From contig JBKJNY010000062.1 in assembly GCA_046593355.1 (NCBI GenBank), positions 29,267 to 93,266 on the forward strand: DNA of 64,000 bases, read 5' to 3'. Both the position numbers and the translations under genes were made by a program. Shown here piece after piece: positions 1-7,793 of this stretch. Each line of letters starts with the position of its first letter. Positions within the stretch are counted from its first letter, which is position 1. This stretch comes from Pirellulaceae bacterium (GTDB taxonomy: Bacteria > Planctomycetota > Planctomycetia > Pirellulales > Pirellulaceae). A model generated the notes under the pieces. The model saw nothing but the letters and a program-made list of their open reading frames with translations. It had not been told where the DNA came from and searched no databases.

Positions 1-1047
1 CCGGTCTTCGTCGGTCGGATCGACGTTCAGCCATTGCTGGCGGATCTTCTCGGAAACGGATTCCCGCCAGATTGCCAGGACTTCCTTGATGTCCATGTGC
101 GGGTTGCCCCGCTCGTTCCCCTTCTGGCCACCCTGCACGGGCTTGAGCGCGGTCCAGAGCATGTCCACCATCTGCGTATCGCCGTAGTAGCGGCCGGCGG
201 TGATATCGCCGTCCTTGTCCAGGTCCAGCACGTAGTGGAAGTAGATGAGCTGCGTGCTCTTGGGCCCCTTCTGATGCTCCTGCGGCGTATTGAGCGTGTA
301 GCGGCACATCATCTTCACTTCCGACTGCTGGTCGGAGATTTTGGTGATGGTGGCTTTGTACGCATAAATCGGGTAGTTAATGACGACCTCGCCCAGAGCC
401 GATTCCATCCCCACGGGATGCGAGCCGCGGCCAATCCAATTGGTCAGAACTACGTGCAACAAGGCGGGATTGATGGCTGCATCCTCTCCCCCCAGGAACT
501 CGGTGGGAGAATACATGTACATTTCGGCGAGCATTCCCTTGATATCCGCGGGAGTGAATACCACTCCGTTGCGAGTGACGCTCTTTTCGGGTTCTGCGTG
601 ACGAATTGCCGCCGCCGTCCAGCCGTTGCAGTGGCCATACCAGCCAGGAGTGCGGTCGCGGCCAGCGAGAATCCTGCCGAACAGCCCTCGCCGCGGCGGG
701 CCATCGCTGTCAAATCCAAAACGTCCCCGATGGGCACCGACGTCCCGCCGTTCGTATTCTTCCGCCAAAGGCCGTCCGCGGCTAAAAGCGGCATCGTACT
801 TGCGCATGGCGTCAATGGTCCCGCCTCGCTTATCGGGGTAGTCGTGCCCAGAGTAAGGAATGCGAAAGTCCGCCGTCTTCCCGTCCGCGGGCAGATCCGC
901 GAACTTGAGGACCAGATCCTGCTCCCACCACTGCTTGAACGCCTGCTGTTGGTATTTGAGCTCGTCGGGCTTCATGGTGCCCGAGGACGAATTAATCTGC
1001 CCCGCAATGGCAGCGAGAAGAAGCAGGGACACGGCGGCAGAAGACAT
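1..1047 (-). CDS. Secreted transglutaminase-elicitor-like / papain-fold cysteine enzyme; N-terminal 349 codons only, C-terminus runs off the left window edge
   Basis: Absent from the ORF track because no stop codon lies in the window. Hand translation of the minus strand from ATG 1047-1045 to base 1 gave 349 sense codons with no stop. GGAG lies 6 nt upstream of the ATG. MSSAAVSLLLLAAIAGQ looks like a signal peptide. PGWYGHCNGWTAAAI (Cys codon 628-630) resembles the catalytic-Cys motif of transglutaminase-elicitor-type enzymes; this is from memory, not searched. Confidence 0.6.
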   Translation of the reverse strand, partial: MSSAAVSLLLLAAIAGQINSSSGTMKPDELKYQQQAFKQWWEQDLVLKFADLPADGKTADFRIPYSGHDYPDKRGGTIDAMRKYDAAFSRGRPLAEEYERRDVGAHRGRFGFDSDGPPRRGLFGRILAGRDRTPGWYGHCNGWTAAAIRHAEPEKSVTRNGVVFTPADIKGMLAEMYMYSPTEFLGGEDAAINPALLHVVLTNWIGRGSHPVGMESALGEVVINYPIYAYKATITKISDQQSEVKMMCRYTLNTPQEHQKGPKSTQLIYFHYVLDLDKDGDITAGRYYGDTQMVDMLWTALKPVQGGQKGNERGNPHMDIKEVLAIWRESVSEKIRQQWLNVDPTDEDR

Positions 1048-1208
1048 GGCTGGCTCCACAATGATGCGAAAGACGGATGGCGCGACGACAAAGCCCTTGG
1101 AATCTCTGGGTCTTCCAAGGGCCTTGAAGATATTTGTAGGATGGGCTTCCTAGCCCGTCCCGCGCAGGCAAGGACGGCCTGGAAAGGCCATCCTACTAAG
1201 ACTATAGC

Positions 1209-1460
1209 TTAGCGATAGCGACGGCCACGAGGAGCCGAAGCATATCCGCCACCTTTTTGAGTCGGGGACTGGCAGGAACCGCAGTTCTTCTGCGTGGGAG
1301 CCTGGGTCGGCTTCTGGGCGGGCGAAACCTTTTGGGTCGGGGCCTGAACTGGGGCAACGCCCTTTTGGGTCGGAGCCTGAGCCGGACCCTGAACCGGGGC
1401 GGCCAAAGCAACACTGCCCATGAGGGCGGAAGCGGCAAAAGTCAACAGCAAGCGACGCAT
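1209..1460 (-). CDS. Small secreted Q/K-rich repeat protein (four PTQK units plus one PAQK)
   Basis: Start is the internal Met of track ORF 1209-1511. AGGAGG lies 8 nt upstream of ATG 1460-1458. Signal-like MRRLLLTFAASALMGSVALAAP is followed by APTQK-type repeats, a CGSC motif and a basic tail RGRRYR. Confidence 0.55.
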   Translation of the reverse strand: MRRLLLTFAASALMGSVALAAPVQGPAQAPTQKGVAPVQAPTQKVSPAQKPTQAPTQKNCGSCQSPTQKGGGYASAPRGRRYR

Positions 1461-1658
1461 GGCAAAATCCTCCTGAAAGAAACGAGAAGAGCTAACGACG
1501 ATGTGAAACATGGAAGCGGCCGAGGCCGCGTTTTATCCTCGATCGAAACTGTCCAAACCTGCGGATTCGTGTACGTTTGGTAAAATCGGCGGGCAGAGCA
1601 AGCTCTACTGAATGTCAAAAGATTACTCCAAGAACCGGCCTCCTGCAACCCACCCGAA

Positions 1659-2009
1659 TCACCGGGCTTTACCAAATTCTTGTTTTCCAAGGCTTGGCGG
1701 TGTGCCCCAGCGAGCATCTCCCCGCAATTCCTCGTCGCGCTGGGCCTGCACTTTGGGCAGTTCGTTCGCCAGGCAAGCGGAAAGTTCAAAAATCCCCTTC
1801 ACGTCAAGTTTCCCTGCCCGAGCTTCCCGCAAAACCCGCTTCATCCACAGCGTGGTCACCAGCACCGGCTCCACGTCCGCGGGCGTACGCTCCAGTCCGG
1901 CGGAATTTCGCTCCCGCAGCGCTATTGCCCGCTGTTCCAATAGCTCAAGCTCCGGTGGAAAAACCGTCAGTATGTAGTTCAGGATCTCGTGGTCAGTTTT
2001 CATCGGCAT
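1659..2009 (-). CDS. Hypothetical protein (116 aa)
   Basis: ORF with GGAGAG 5 nt upstream of ATG 2009-2007. No motif recognised. Confidence 0.45.
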   Translation of the reverse strand: MPMKTDHEILNYILTVFPPELELLEQRAIALRERNSAGLERTPADVEPVLVTTLWMKRVLREARAGKLDVKGIFELSACLANELPKVQAQRDEELRGDARWGTPPSLGKQEFGKAR

Positions 2010-2362
2010 GACTGCTCTCCGGCCGTTTCTCTCGCCGCTTTCGGCAAGAAGCAAACATTGTGCCAAGTATCACTTAGACTTTGACTTACGCGAATGTTCC
2101 GATTCTTGAACGCCCTGGAAGCGACTGGGAATCGGCGCAACCCTGGTGCGTACGAATCATTTAAGACTTCGCGGCTGAGTGGATCTGGCTGTTGCGGCGA
2201 GGGATGTTTCATTCTGTGAACATCGCGCCGTGGTCCCCGCGAAAGCATCCTGGCAGAGCGGCGGACAGGAGCGCGGAGTTGCTTCCCCCGCTGCATTTGG
2301 TAATCTGCCTTACCGTTTCTCTGCTTTCGAGAGTTTTGGAACTCAACCTCGGAGATTCCGTC

Positions 2363-3787
2363 ATGCTGCTCCATTCACGATTTGTGGGACTGGCGGCGCT
2401 CTTATTGGCGGGAATTCTCGCTGCTGGAAATGATGCTAGTGCCGCGGATGCCCCCGCGAAAAAACCCAACATCATCATCTTTCTGGCGGATGACCTGGGC
2501 TATGGCGAGCTGGGGATGCAGGGGAACAAAGAAATTCCCACGCCCCACATCGATTCCATCGCCAAGGCCGGCGTTCGCTTCACGAGCGGTTATGTGAGCG
2601 GGCCGTATTGCAGCCCAACGCGGGCCGGGCTGATGACGGGCCGCTATCAGACCCGCTTCGGCCACGAATTCAACGAGGGCCAGCCGACGCCGGGAGGCAG
2701 CGTGTTCGGTTTGCCGCTGACGGAGAAGACCATCGCCGACCGGTTCAAGGAGATGGGCTACGCCACCTGCGCCATCGGCAAATGGCACCTTGGTCGCCAG
2801 CCGGAGTTCTTTCCGATGCAGCGAGGCTTCGATGAGTTCTTTGGGACGGTCGCCAACACGTCGTTTCTCAATCCGCAAAACTTCATCGACAGCCGCAAGA
2901 GTGATCAGGTGACGCCCATCAAGGACGACACCTTCTACACCACCGACGCCTACCGCGACCGGGCCGTCGACTGGATTGAAAAGCACAAGGACCAGCCGTA
3001 CCTGCTTTACCTGCCGTTCAACGCGCAACATGCGCCGCTGCAAGCGACGGAAAAATACCTCGCTCGCCACGCGGACATTGCGGACGAGAAGCGGCGAATC
3101 TTCGCCGCCATGATGTCGGCCATGGACGACGCCATCGGGGCCGTGCTGCAGAAAGTCCGCGATCTCGGCCAGGAAGAAAACACACTCATCTTTTTCCTGG
3201 CTGACAACGGCGGGCCAACCCTGCAGACCACTTCAAAAAATACTCCGCTCCGTGGCAACAAAGCGACGACCTGGGAGGGGGGCGTGCGGGTGCCGTTCGC
3301 CGCACAGTGGAAAGGGCACATCCTCGCCGGCCGGACGTTTGATCAGCCGATTATTCAGCTCGACATCCTGCCCACAGCGCTCACTGCGGCTGGGGGAAAG
3401 ATTGATCCGGAATGGAAGCTCGACGGCGTAAACCTGCTGCCTCACTTGACGGGCGAGGTTGACGCGAACCTTGGCCGCTTGAAGCCTCCCCACGCGGCTC
3501 TCTACTGGCGGTTCGGCCAACAGTGGGCCATTCGCCACGGCGATTGGAAACTGGTCGTCGCCAACGAGCCGATGAATGCCGCCCGCAAGGACAAGCCTGC
3601 CTCCCTCTTCAACCTGGCGGACGACATCGGCGAATCCAAAGACCTCGCCGCGGACCAGCCGGAGAAAGTCAAAGAGCTGCGTGCTCTCTGGGAAAAATGG
3701 AACGCCGAGCTTCAGCCACCCCGCTGGCTGCCGGCACCGGCTGCTCAGAAAGCCAAGGCGAAGCAGAAGAACAACGATGCGAAGTAG
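2363..3787 (+). CDS. Sulfatase (arylsulfatase A family), secreted
   Basis: Formylglycine motif C-x-P-x-R (YCSPTRAGLMTGR). LADDLGYGELG metal-site region. Hydrophobic signal MLLHSRFVGLAALLLAGILAA. Start moved to ATG 2363, preceded by GGAG. Confidence 0.9.
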   Translation: MLLHSRFVGLAALLLAGILAAGNDASAADAPAKKPNIIIFLADDLGYGELGMQGNKEIPTPHIDSIAKAGVRFTSGYVSGPYCSPTRAGLMTGRYQTRFGHEFNEGQPTPGGSVFGLPLTEKTIADRFKEMGYATCAIGKWHLGRQPEFFPMQRGFDEFFGTVANTSFLNPQNFIDSRKSDQVTPIKDDTFYTTDAYRDRAVDWIEKHKDQPYLLYLPFNAQHAPLQATEKYLARHADIADEKRRIFAAMMSAMDDAIGAVLQKVRDLGQEENTLIFFLADNGGPTLQTTSKNTPLRGNKATTWEGGVRVPFAAQWKGHILAGRTFDQPIIQLDILPTALTAAGGKIDPEWKLDGVNLLPHLTGEVDANLGRLKPPHAALYWRFGQQWAIRHGDWKLVVANEPMNAARKDKPASLFNLADDIGESKDLAADQPEKVKELRALWEKWNAELQPPRWLPAPAAQKAKAKQKNNDAK

Positions 3788-3807
3788 AGTAGGGTGAGTA
3801 AGATTAT

Positions 3808-4209
3808 TCACTCGGACATATGCTCTCCGGTGTTCATGACGCGAAGTTCGTCAGGATGAGGAGTTCGCTTAATGTCAAATGTTGCCGCCTTGTATATCTC
3901 TAGTTCCGCGACAAATCCATTAACAACACGCAGCAGATAGTAAATTGGAATCCCATCGGAGTCGGACGCGACAGCTTCAACGGGAACACTAGATGTTACA
4001 CTGGCCGCGTTCCCAGTCTCTATCTTAAACTTGATGGTCCCATCACCACAAATGCGCATGACTTTACACCCGGTTAGCTGGGCTCGGAGCTCGTTGCGCC
4101 CAGGGAACTCTCGCTCCAAAAGGCGGTTCAGTATTGCCCGCTCATACTCAGTTAGATCGCGCCAATCCTCGTCAGGAATCACAACGCCATCCATTGCATG
4201 GTCGGACAT
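3808..4209 (-). CDS. Hypothetical protein (133 aa) in a small AT-richer patch
   Basis: Clean ORF with GGAG about 12 nt upstream. Local composition is visibly less GC-rich than the flanks. No catalytic motif recognised. Confidence 0.5.
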   Translation of the reverse strand: MSDHAMDGVVIPDEDWRDLTEYERAILNRLLEREFPGRNELRAQLTGCKVMRICGDGTIKFKIETGNAASVTSSVPVEAVASDSDGIPIYYLLRVVNGFVAELEIYKAATFDIKRTPHPDELRVMNTGEHMSE

Positions 4210-4330
4210 GTCTGGAATTCTCCAATAAAATCCGGTCGACGTAGCGTTTGTGACGCGCCTGAAACGGGAGAGGCCTGAACAACTTACCGCTTACAGTCTA
4301 TATGGCCCTTGCCCACATTTGTCACCGGCG

Positions 4331-5662
4331 TTACGGCCCAGACTTGCGGATGCAGGAGAGTTGGGACTGCGTACGAATCAGTAGCGAATCTCCCGCAATC
4401 GCGAGAGAAGCCAGCGTCTGGCCGAAGAGCTGATTGCGGGCGATTTCTTCGTACTCGCGGCCGGGCTTGAGGACGGTTGTGATGCCCTCCTGGCTGGTGA
4501 AATAGAGCTTGCCATCCGCCAGCAAGGGACTGGCGGCAAAATTCCCTCCCAAGCGATGTTGCCACACCGCCTCCCCCGTTTTGGCGTCGAGGCAAGTGGC
4601 CACTCCCTTGGACGAGACGAAATAGACCTCGTTGCCGGAGACGAGCGGCGAAGAAATCTCGGGAACCTGCTTCTCATAGGTCCAGACGACGTGGGAATCC
4701 GTCACATCGCCCATGCCATCTACCTTGATCGCCCACAGTTCGGGCTTCATGAAGCCGGTGCAGATGTAGACGAGGCCGTCCTTGAACACCGGGCGCGGCA
4801 CCACGGCGTGCCCAGCGCCAAAATTGGCCCGCCATATTTCCTTGCCCGTCGCCGGCTCGTAGGAGCAGGCCCACTGAGCCCCGGGGACGATAAGCTGCTC
4901 CTGGCCCTCATGCGTGATGACCAGCGGCGTGCTGAAAGCGCGGTGGAGCTTGTCGTCGTCGGATTCGATGGGGGGGCGACTGGTGCGCCAGATCTCCTTT
5001 CCGGTGAGCTTGTTAAGAGCGATGACGAACTGCTGGTCCGCGCCGTCGCAGGCGAAGATCAGCTTGTCCTTCCACAGCACCGGCGAGCTGCCGGGACCGG
5101 TAATGTCGTCCACCGGCAGCACCCGCTTCCACAGAACCTCGCCGCTTTTCATCTCCACGCAGACCGTGCCCAGCGAGCCGAAGTGGCAATACAGCCGCTC
5201 GCCATCGCTGATGGAGGTCGGCGAAGCGTAGGTGTTCTGGGCGTGGATCGGCTTAGGGTCATCCGCGGTCAAGAGGTTTAGCGTCCGCAGGATTTTGCCG
5301 GTGCCGACATCAAGCTCGATGGCGAGCAGCGTGGCCGAGGCATGCGTCTGAAAATCCGGCGTCAATACGGGATTGGCGGTCAGCTTTTTCTCCCGCCCTT
5401 TTTCATCCAGGGCGGTTTGCTGCGCGCTCGTCAGCCAGATGCGGCCGGCAACAACAATCGGCGACGACCAGCCGCTCCCCGGGATTTCGGTCTGCCAGGC
5501 GGGAGCGTCGAAACCGCCCCAGCGCTCCGGCAGGTTCTTGGCAACCGCGCAGCCGTCTCCAGTGGGCCCGCGAAACTGCGGCCAGTCCTGTCCGAAAGCC
5601 GGCGCAGCCGCGAACGGGAGGAATGTCAGGGCGAATGTCACGAAAGGATGGATGAATCGCAT
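4331..5662 (-). CDS. PQQ-like (BamB-type) beta-propeller repeat protein, secreted
   Basis: Signal peptide MRFIHPFVTFALTFLPFAAAPAFGQ followed by DWPQFRGPTGDG. Repeated propeller blades of the form (G..Y......G.v.a.d..tG..iW). Paralog of 30810-32096. I prefer ATG 5662 over the GTG at 5671. Confidence 0.85.
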   Translation of the reverse strand: MRFIHPFVTFALTFLPFAAAPAFGQDWPQFRGPTGDGCAVAKNLPERWGGFDAPAWQTEIPGSGWSSPIVVAGRIWLTSAQQTALDEKGREKKLTANPVLTPDFQTHASATLLAIELDVGTGKILRTLNLLTADDPKPIHAQNTYASPTSISDGERLYCHFGSLGTVCVEMKSGEVLWKRVLPVDDITGPGSSPVLWKDKLIFACDGADQQFVIALNKLTGKEIWRTSRPPIESDDDKLHRAFSTPLVITHEGQEQLIVPGAQWACSYEPATGKEIWRANFGAGHAVVPRPVFKDGLVYICTGFMKPELWAIKVDGMGDVTDSHVVWTYEKQVPEISSPLVSGNEVYFVSSKGVATCLDAKTGEAVWQHRLGGNFAASPLLADGKLYFTSQEGITTVLKPGREYEEIARNQLFGQTLASLAIAGDSLLIRTQSQLSCIRKSGP

Positions 5663-5871
5663 GTGCGGCACCTGACCGATGAAAAGTTATCCCTTAAGTT
5701 TAGCTCACAATGGATGTTGTCTGGTTCACAAACACGCACGCGCGGACACTTTCAAGTGCCGGGGGTTTGCGTTCATGGGCGGCGTTCAGTACGCTGCATT
5801 TGGTTCTAGGGCTCGACACCAGCGGGTCAGTTTCTCGGCCGTTAATCCTTCCGCCATGCGGAGTTGTGCTT

Positions 5872-7224
5872 ATGTCAACCAGTGTGCTTCGCCTTGTTTC
5901 GGCGACCTTGACAGTCCTATGCACTGCCGCGGTCCTTGGCGGGTGTTCGTCATCTCCCGCGCCCCATGCGGGAACTGGGACCACGGGCGGCAAGACCGGG
6001 GAAAAGGATCCCACCGAAACCGTAAAAAGCGGCAGCGAAGAAAATGCCCAGTCCAAAGCCGCCGCGGCGGCGCTGGAGAAGACGGGGGCGAAGCTGGTCC
6101 GCAAGGAGGGACAGGTGGTGCGGGTCGAACTTGGGCCGGAGGGAAGCGATGCGGATTTGGCGCTGCTCAAAGACCTGCCGAAGGTGGAAGCTTTGGTAGC
6201 CGACAAACGGGGCGTGACGGACCAAGGGCTGGAGTCGCTCGCGGGACATCCGGCGCTTAAGACGCTCGATCTGACCCTCAGCGGCATTACGAACTCCGGC
6301 CTCGCCCATCTGGCGAATCTGCCAAAGCTGGAAGAAGTGAATCTCAAACGCTGCGATATTTCTTCAGCCGGGTATGAATCGCTGGCAAAAATCGAAACGC
6401 TCAAACGGATTCGCGCTCCGCAGACGCATTTCAATGGAGCCTGCCTTGCCGCTCTCGAAGGCTGCACCTGGCTGGAATTGCTCGACCTCCAGGACTGCAA
6501 CGAGGTTCCCAAAGCGGAGTGGAAAATCCTGGAGAACTTCAAGAACTTGAAATCCTTGCGGCTGTGGGGACCGACCGTGGATGATTCCACGCTGGCATTC
6601 ATCACCGGAGCGAAGAATCTCAAATCGCTTTCCCTGGAATCCACCGAGGTCACAGCCGCGGGATTGGGGAAGGTTGCCGTTCTGGCGGACGTGCAATCGA
6701 TTTCACTCACCAATGCCAAAAACATCTTCGACGCGGACTTGGAGCCGCTGGGAAAGTTCAAAGAACTTTCTTCGCTGGAACTGCGCAATTGCGGTCTAAA
6801 CGGCAAGGGACTCGTCCACCTCAGCGGACTGAAGAAGCTCAAGTTGCTCGATCTATCGGAGACCTTTGTCAAAGATGCAGGGCTGAAAAGTCTCGCGGGC
6901 CTGACCAACCTTGAGGATCTCAATCTCTGGCACACGCAGGTCACCGACGCCGGCCTGGAGTCCATCGCGGGACTGACAAAACTGAAACGGCTCAACCTCG
7001 ACGATTGCAAAATCTCCGCGGCAGGAGTGTCCCACCTCCGTCCCCTGACTCAACTGGAGTTTCTTCACATCGGCAGCACGCAAGTGGACGACGCCGCGCT
7101 CGAAGCACTGGGGGACCACAGAAATCTGAAGACGCTGGTCATCACCTTTCTGCCGAATGTGACCGACGAAGGAGTGAACAAGCTCAAGGCCAGGCTCCCC
7201 GGCCTGACCGAAATCCGGCGGTAG
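5872..7224 (+). CDS. Leucine-rich-repeat lipoprotein
   Basis: Lipobox-like LGGCSSS after a hydrophobic N-terminus. About 15 tandem ~24-aa LRR units (L..L..L.L....vtD.GL..L). GGAG lies upstream of ATG 5872. Confidence 0.8.
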   Translation: MSTSVLRLVSATLTVLCTAAVLGGCSSSPAPHAGTGTTGGKTGEKDPTETVKSGSEENAQSKAAAAALEKTGAKLVRKEGQVVRVELGPEGSDADLALLKDLPKVEALVADKRGVTDQGLESLAGHPALKTLDLTLSGITNSGLAHLANLPKLEEVNLKRCDISSAGYESLAKIETLKRIRAPQTHFNGACLAALEGCTWLELLDLQDCNEVPKAEWKILENFKNLKSLRLWGPTVDDSTLAFITGAKNLKSLSLESTEVTAAGLGKVAVLADVQSISLTNAKNIFDADLEPLGKFKELSSLELRNCGLNGKGLVHLSGLKKLKLLDLSETFVKDAGLKSLAGLTNLEDLNLWHTQVTDAGLESIAGLTKLKRLNLDDCKISAAGVSHLRPLTQLEFLHIGSTQVDDAALEALGDHRNLKTLVITFLPNVTDEGVNKLKARLPGLTEIRR

Positions 7225-7230
7225 CGCCAA

Positions 7231-7301
7231 GGGGTCGGGAGTCTTTGGCGTCAAAGGTAAAACAAATGGAGCAATCGTTGACGCCAAAGACTCCCGACCC
7301 C
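7231..7301. repeat. 24-bp perfect inverted repeat with 23-nt loop
   Basis: GGGGTCGGGAGTCTTTGGCGTCAA (7231-7254) is the exact reverse complement of 7278-7301. It starts 7 nt after the LRR gene stop and sits at the 5' break of the M23-PKD remnant. Confidence 0.85.
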
Positions 7302-7309
7302 CTCGCCCT

Positions 7310-7717
7310 CTGGGGCTGCTCGGCAAGGAAGGCACGAGCGGGGGCTGGTCGCACCTGCATTTCGACATCAGCGGCCGCCAGCCGTCGGGAAACTGGGACA
7401 TCATCGAAGGCTACGCGTTCCTCTGGGAAGCCTACCTCCGCGAGCACAAGCCGCAGCTTCTCGCCGTCGCCCGTCCGCACCACTTCGTCACCGTGGGAGA
7501 AAATGTAACGCTCGACGGCAGCCGCTCATGGTCGGCGAACAACTCGCTAACGATTTCACAGCGTTTTCAATGGACGTTCAGCGATGGAAACAAAGGGAAA
7601 GGACCGCGGTACGCACGGACCTATGGCAAGCCGGGCGTCTACCTCGTGCGCGTTTCACGCACGGACAAACAGGGCTTCACCGCGACGGCCCACTTGAAGG
7701 TGTTTGTGGAAAAGTAG
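7310..7717 (+). pseudogene. 3' remnant of an M23 metallopeptidase-PKD domain gene
   Basis: The frame of track ORF 7493-7717 stays open upstream and reads GLLGKEGTSGGWSHLHFDI (M23 HxH signature), then a PKD-like domain (VTLDGSRS...WTFSDG...YGKPGVYLVRVSRTD). There is no ATG, no signal peptide and no upstream HxxxD half. Confidence 0.6.
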
Positions 7718-7793
7718 GGTGCATAAGCGCAGCGCCATGCACGCGCGAACGTCGTCGCTCCCGCGTGCATTTCGTGGAACTCATGCACCCTAC
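7714..7793. repeat. Palindromic repeat family A, copy 1 (GTAGGGTGCAT...ATGCACCCTAC)
   Basis: The terminal arms are inverted copies and match the arms of 28509-28650 in the opposite orientation. The TAG inside each arm is the stop codon of the flanking convergent ORF (7715-7717 and 7790-7792). Confidence 0.85.

Noticed and set aside
34-1212. 392-aa + strand ORF at the left edge
   Set aside because: It is antisense to the hand-verified open minus-strand frame 1-1047, which carries a signal peptide, an RBS and a catalytic-Cys motif. The + strand product is low-complexity and Arg/Gly/Pro-rich.
5700-7010. 436-aa minus-strand ORF, plus similar long antisense ORFs at 9230-10276, 17911-19308, 21219-22064, 23784-25040, 27742-28611, 30654-31658, 33453-34325, 36128-37651, 44129-45022, 51352-52635 and 61634-62923
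   Set aside because: Each overlaps, on the opposite strand, a gene with clear family motifs. Their translations are Ser/Arg/Gly/Pro-rich without recognisable domains, which is the typical high-GC antisense open-frame artefact.
7493-7717. 74-aa ORF as a stand-alone PKD-domain gene
   Set aside because: Its M is a GTG inside a frame that stays open upstream and encodes the end of an M23 peptidase domain. It has no RBS or signal peptide. I treat it as part of a truncated gene remnant.
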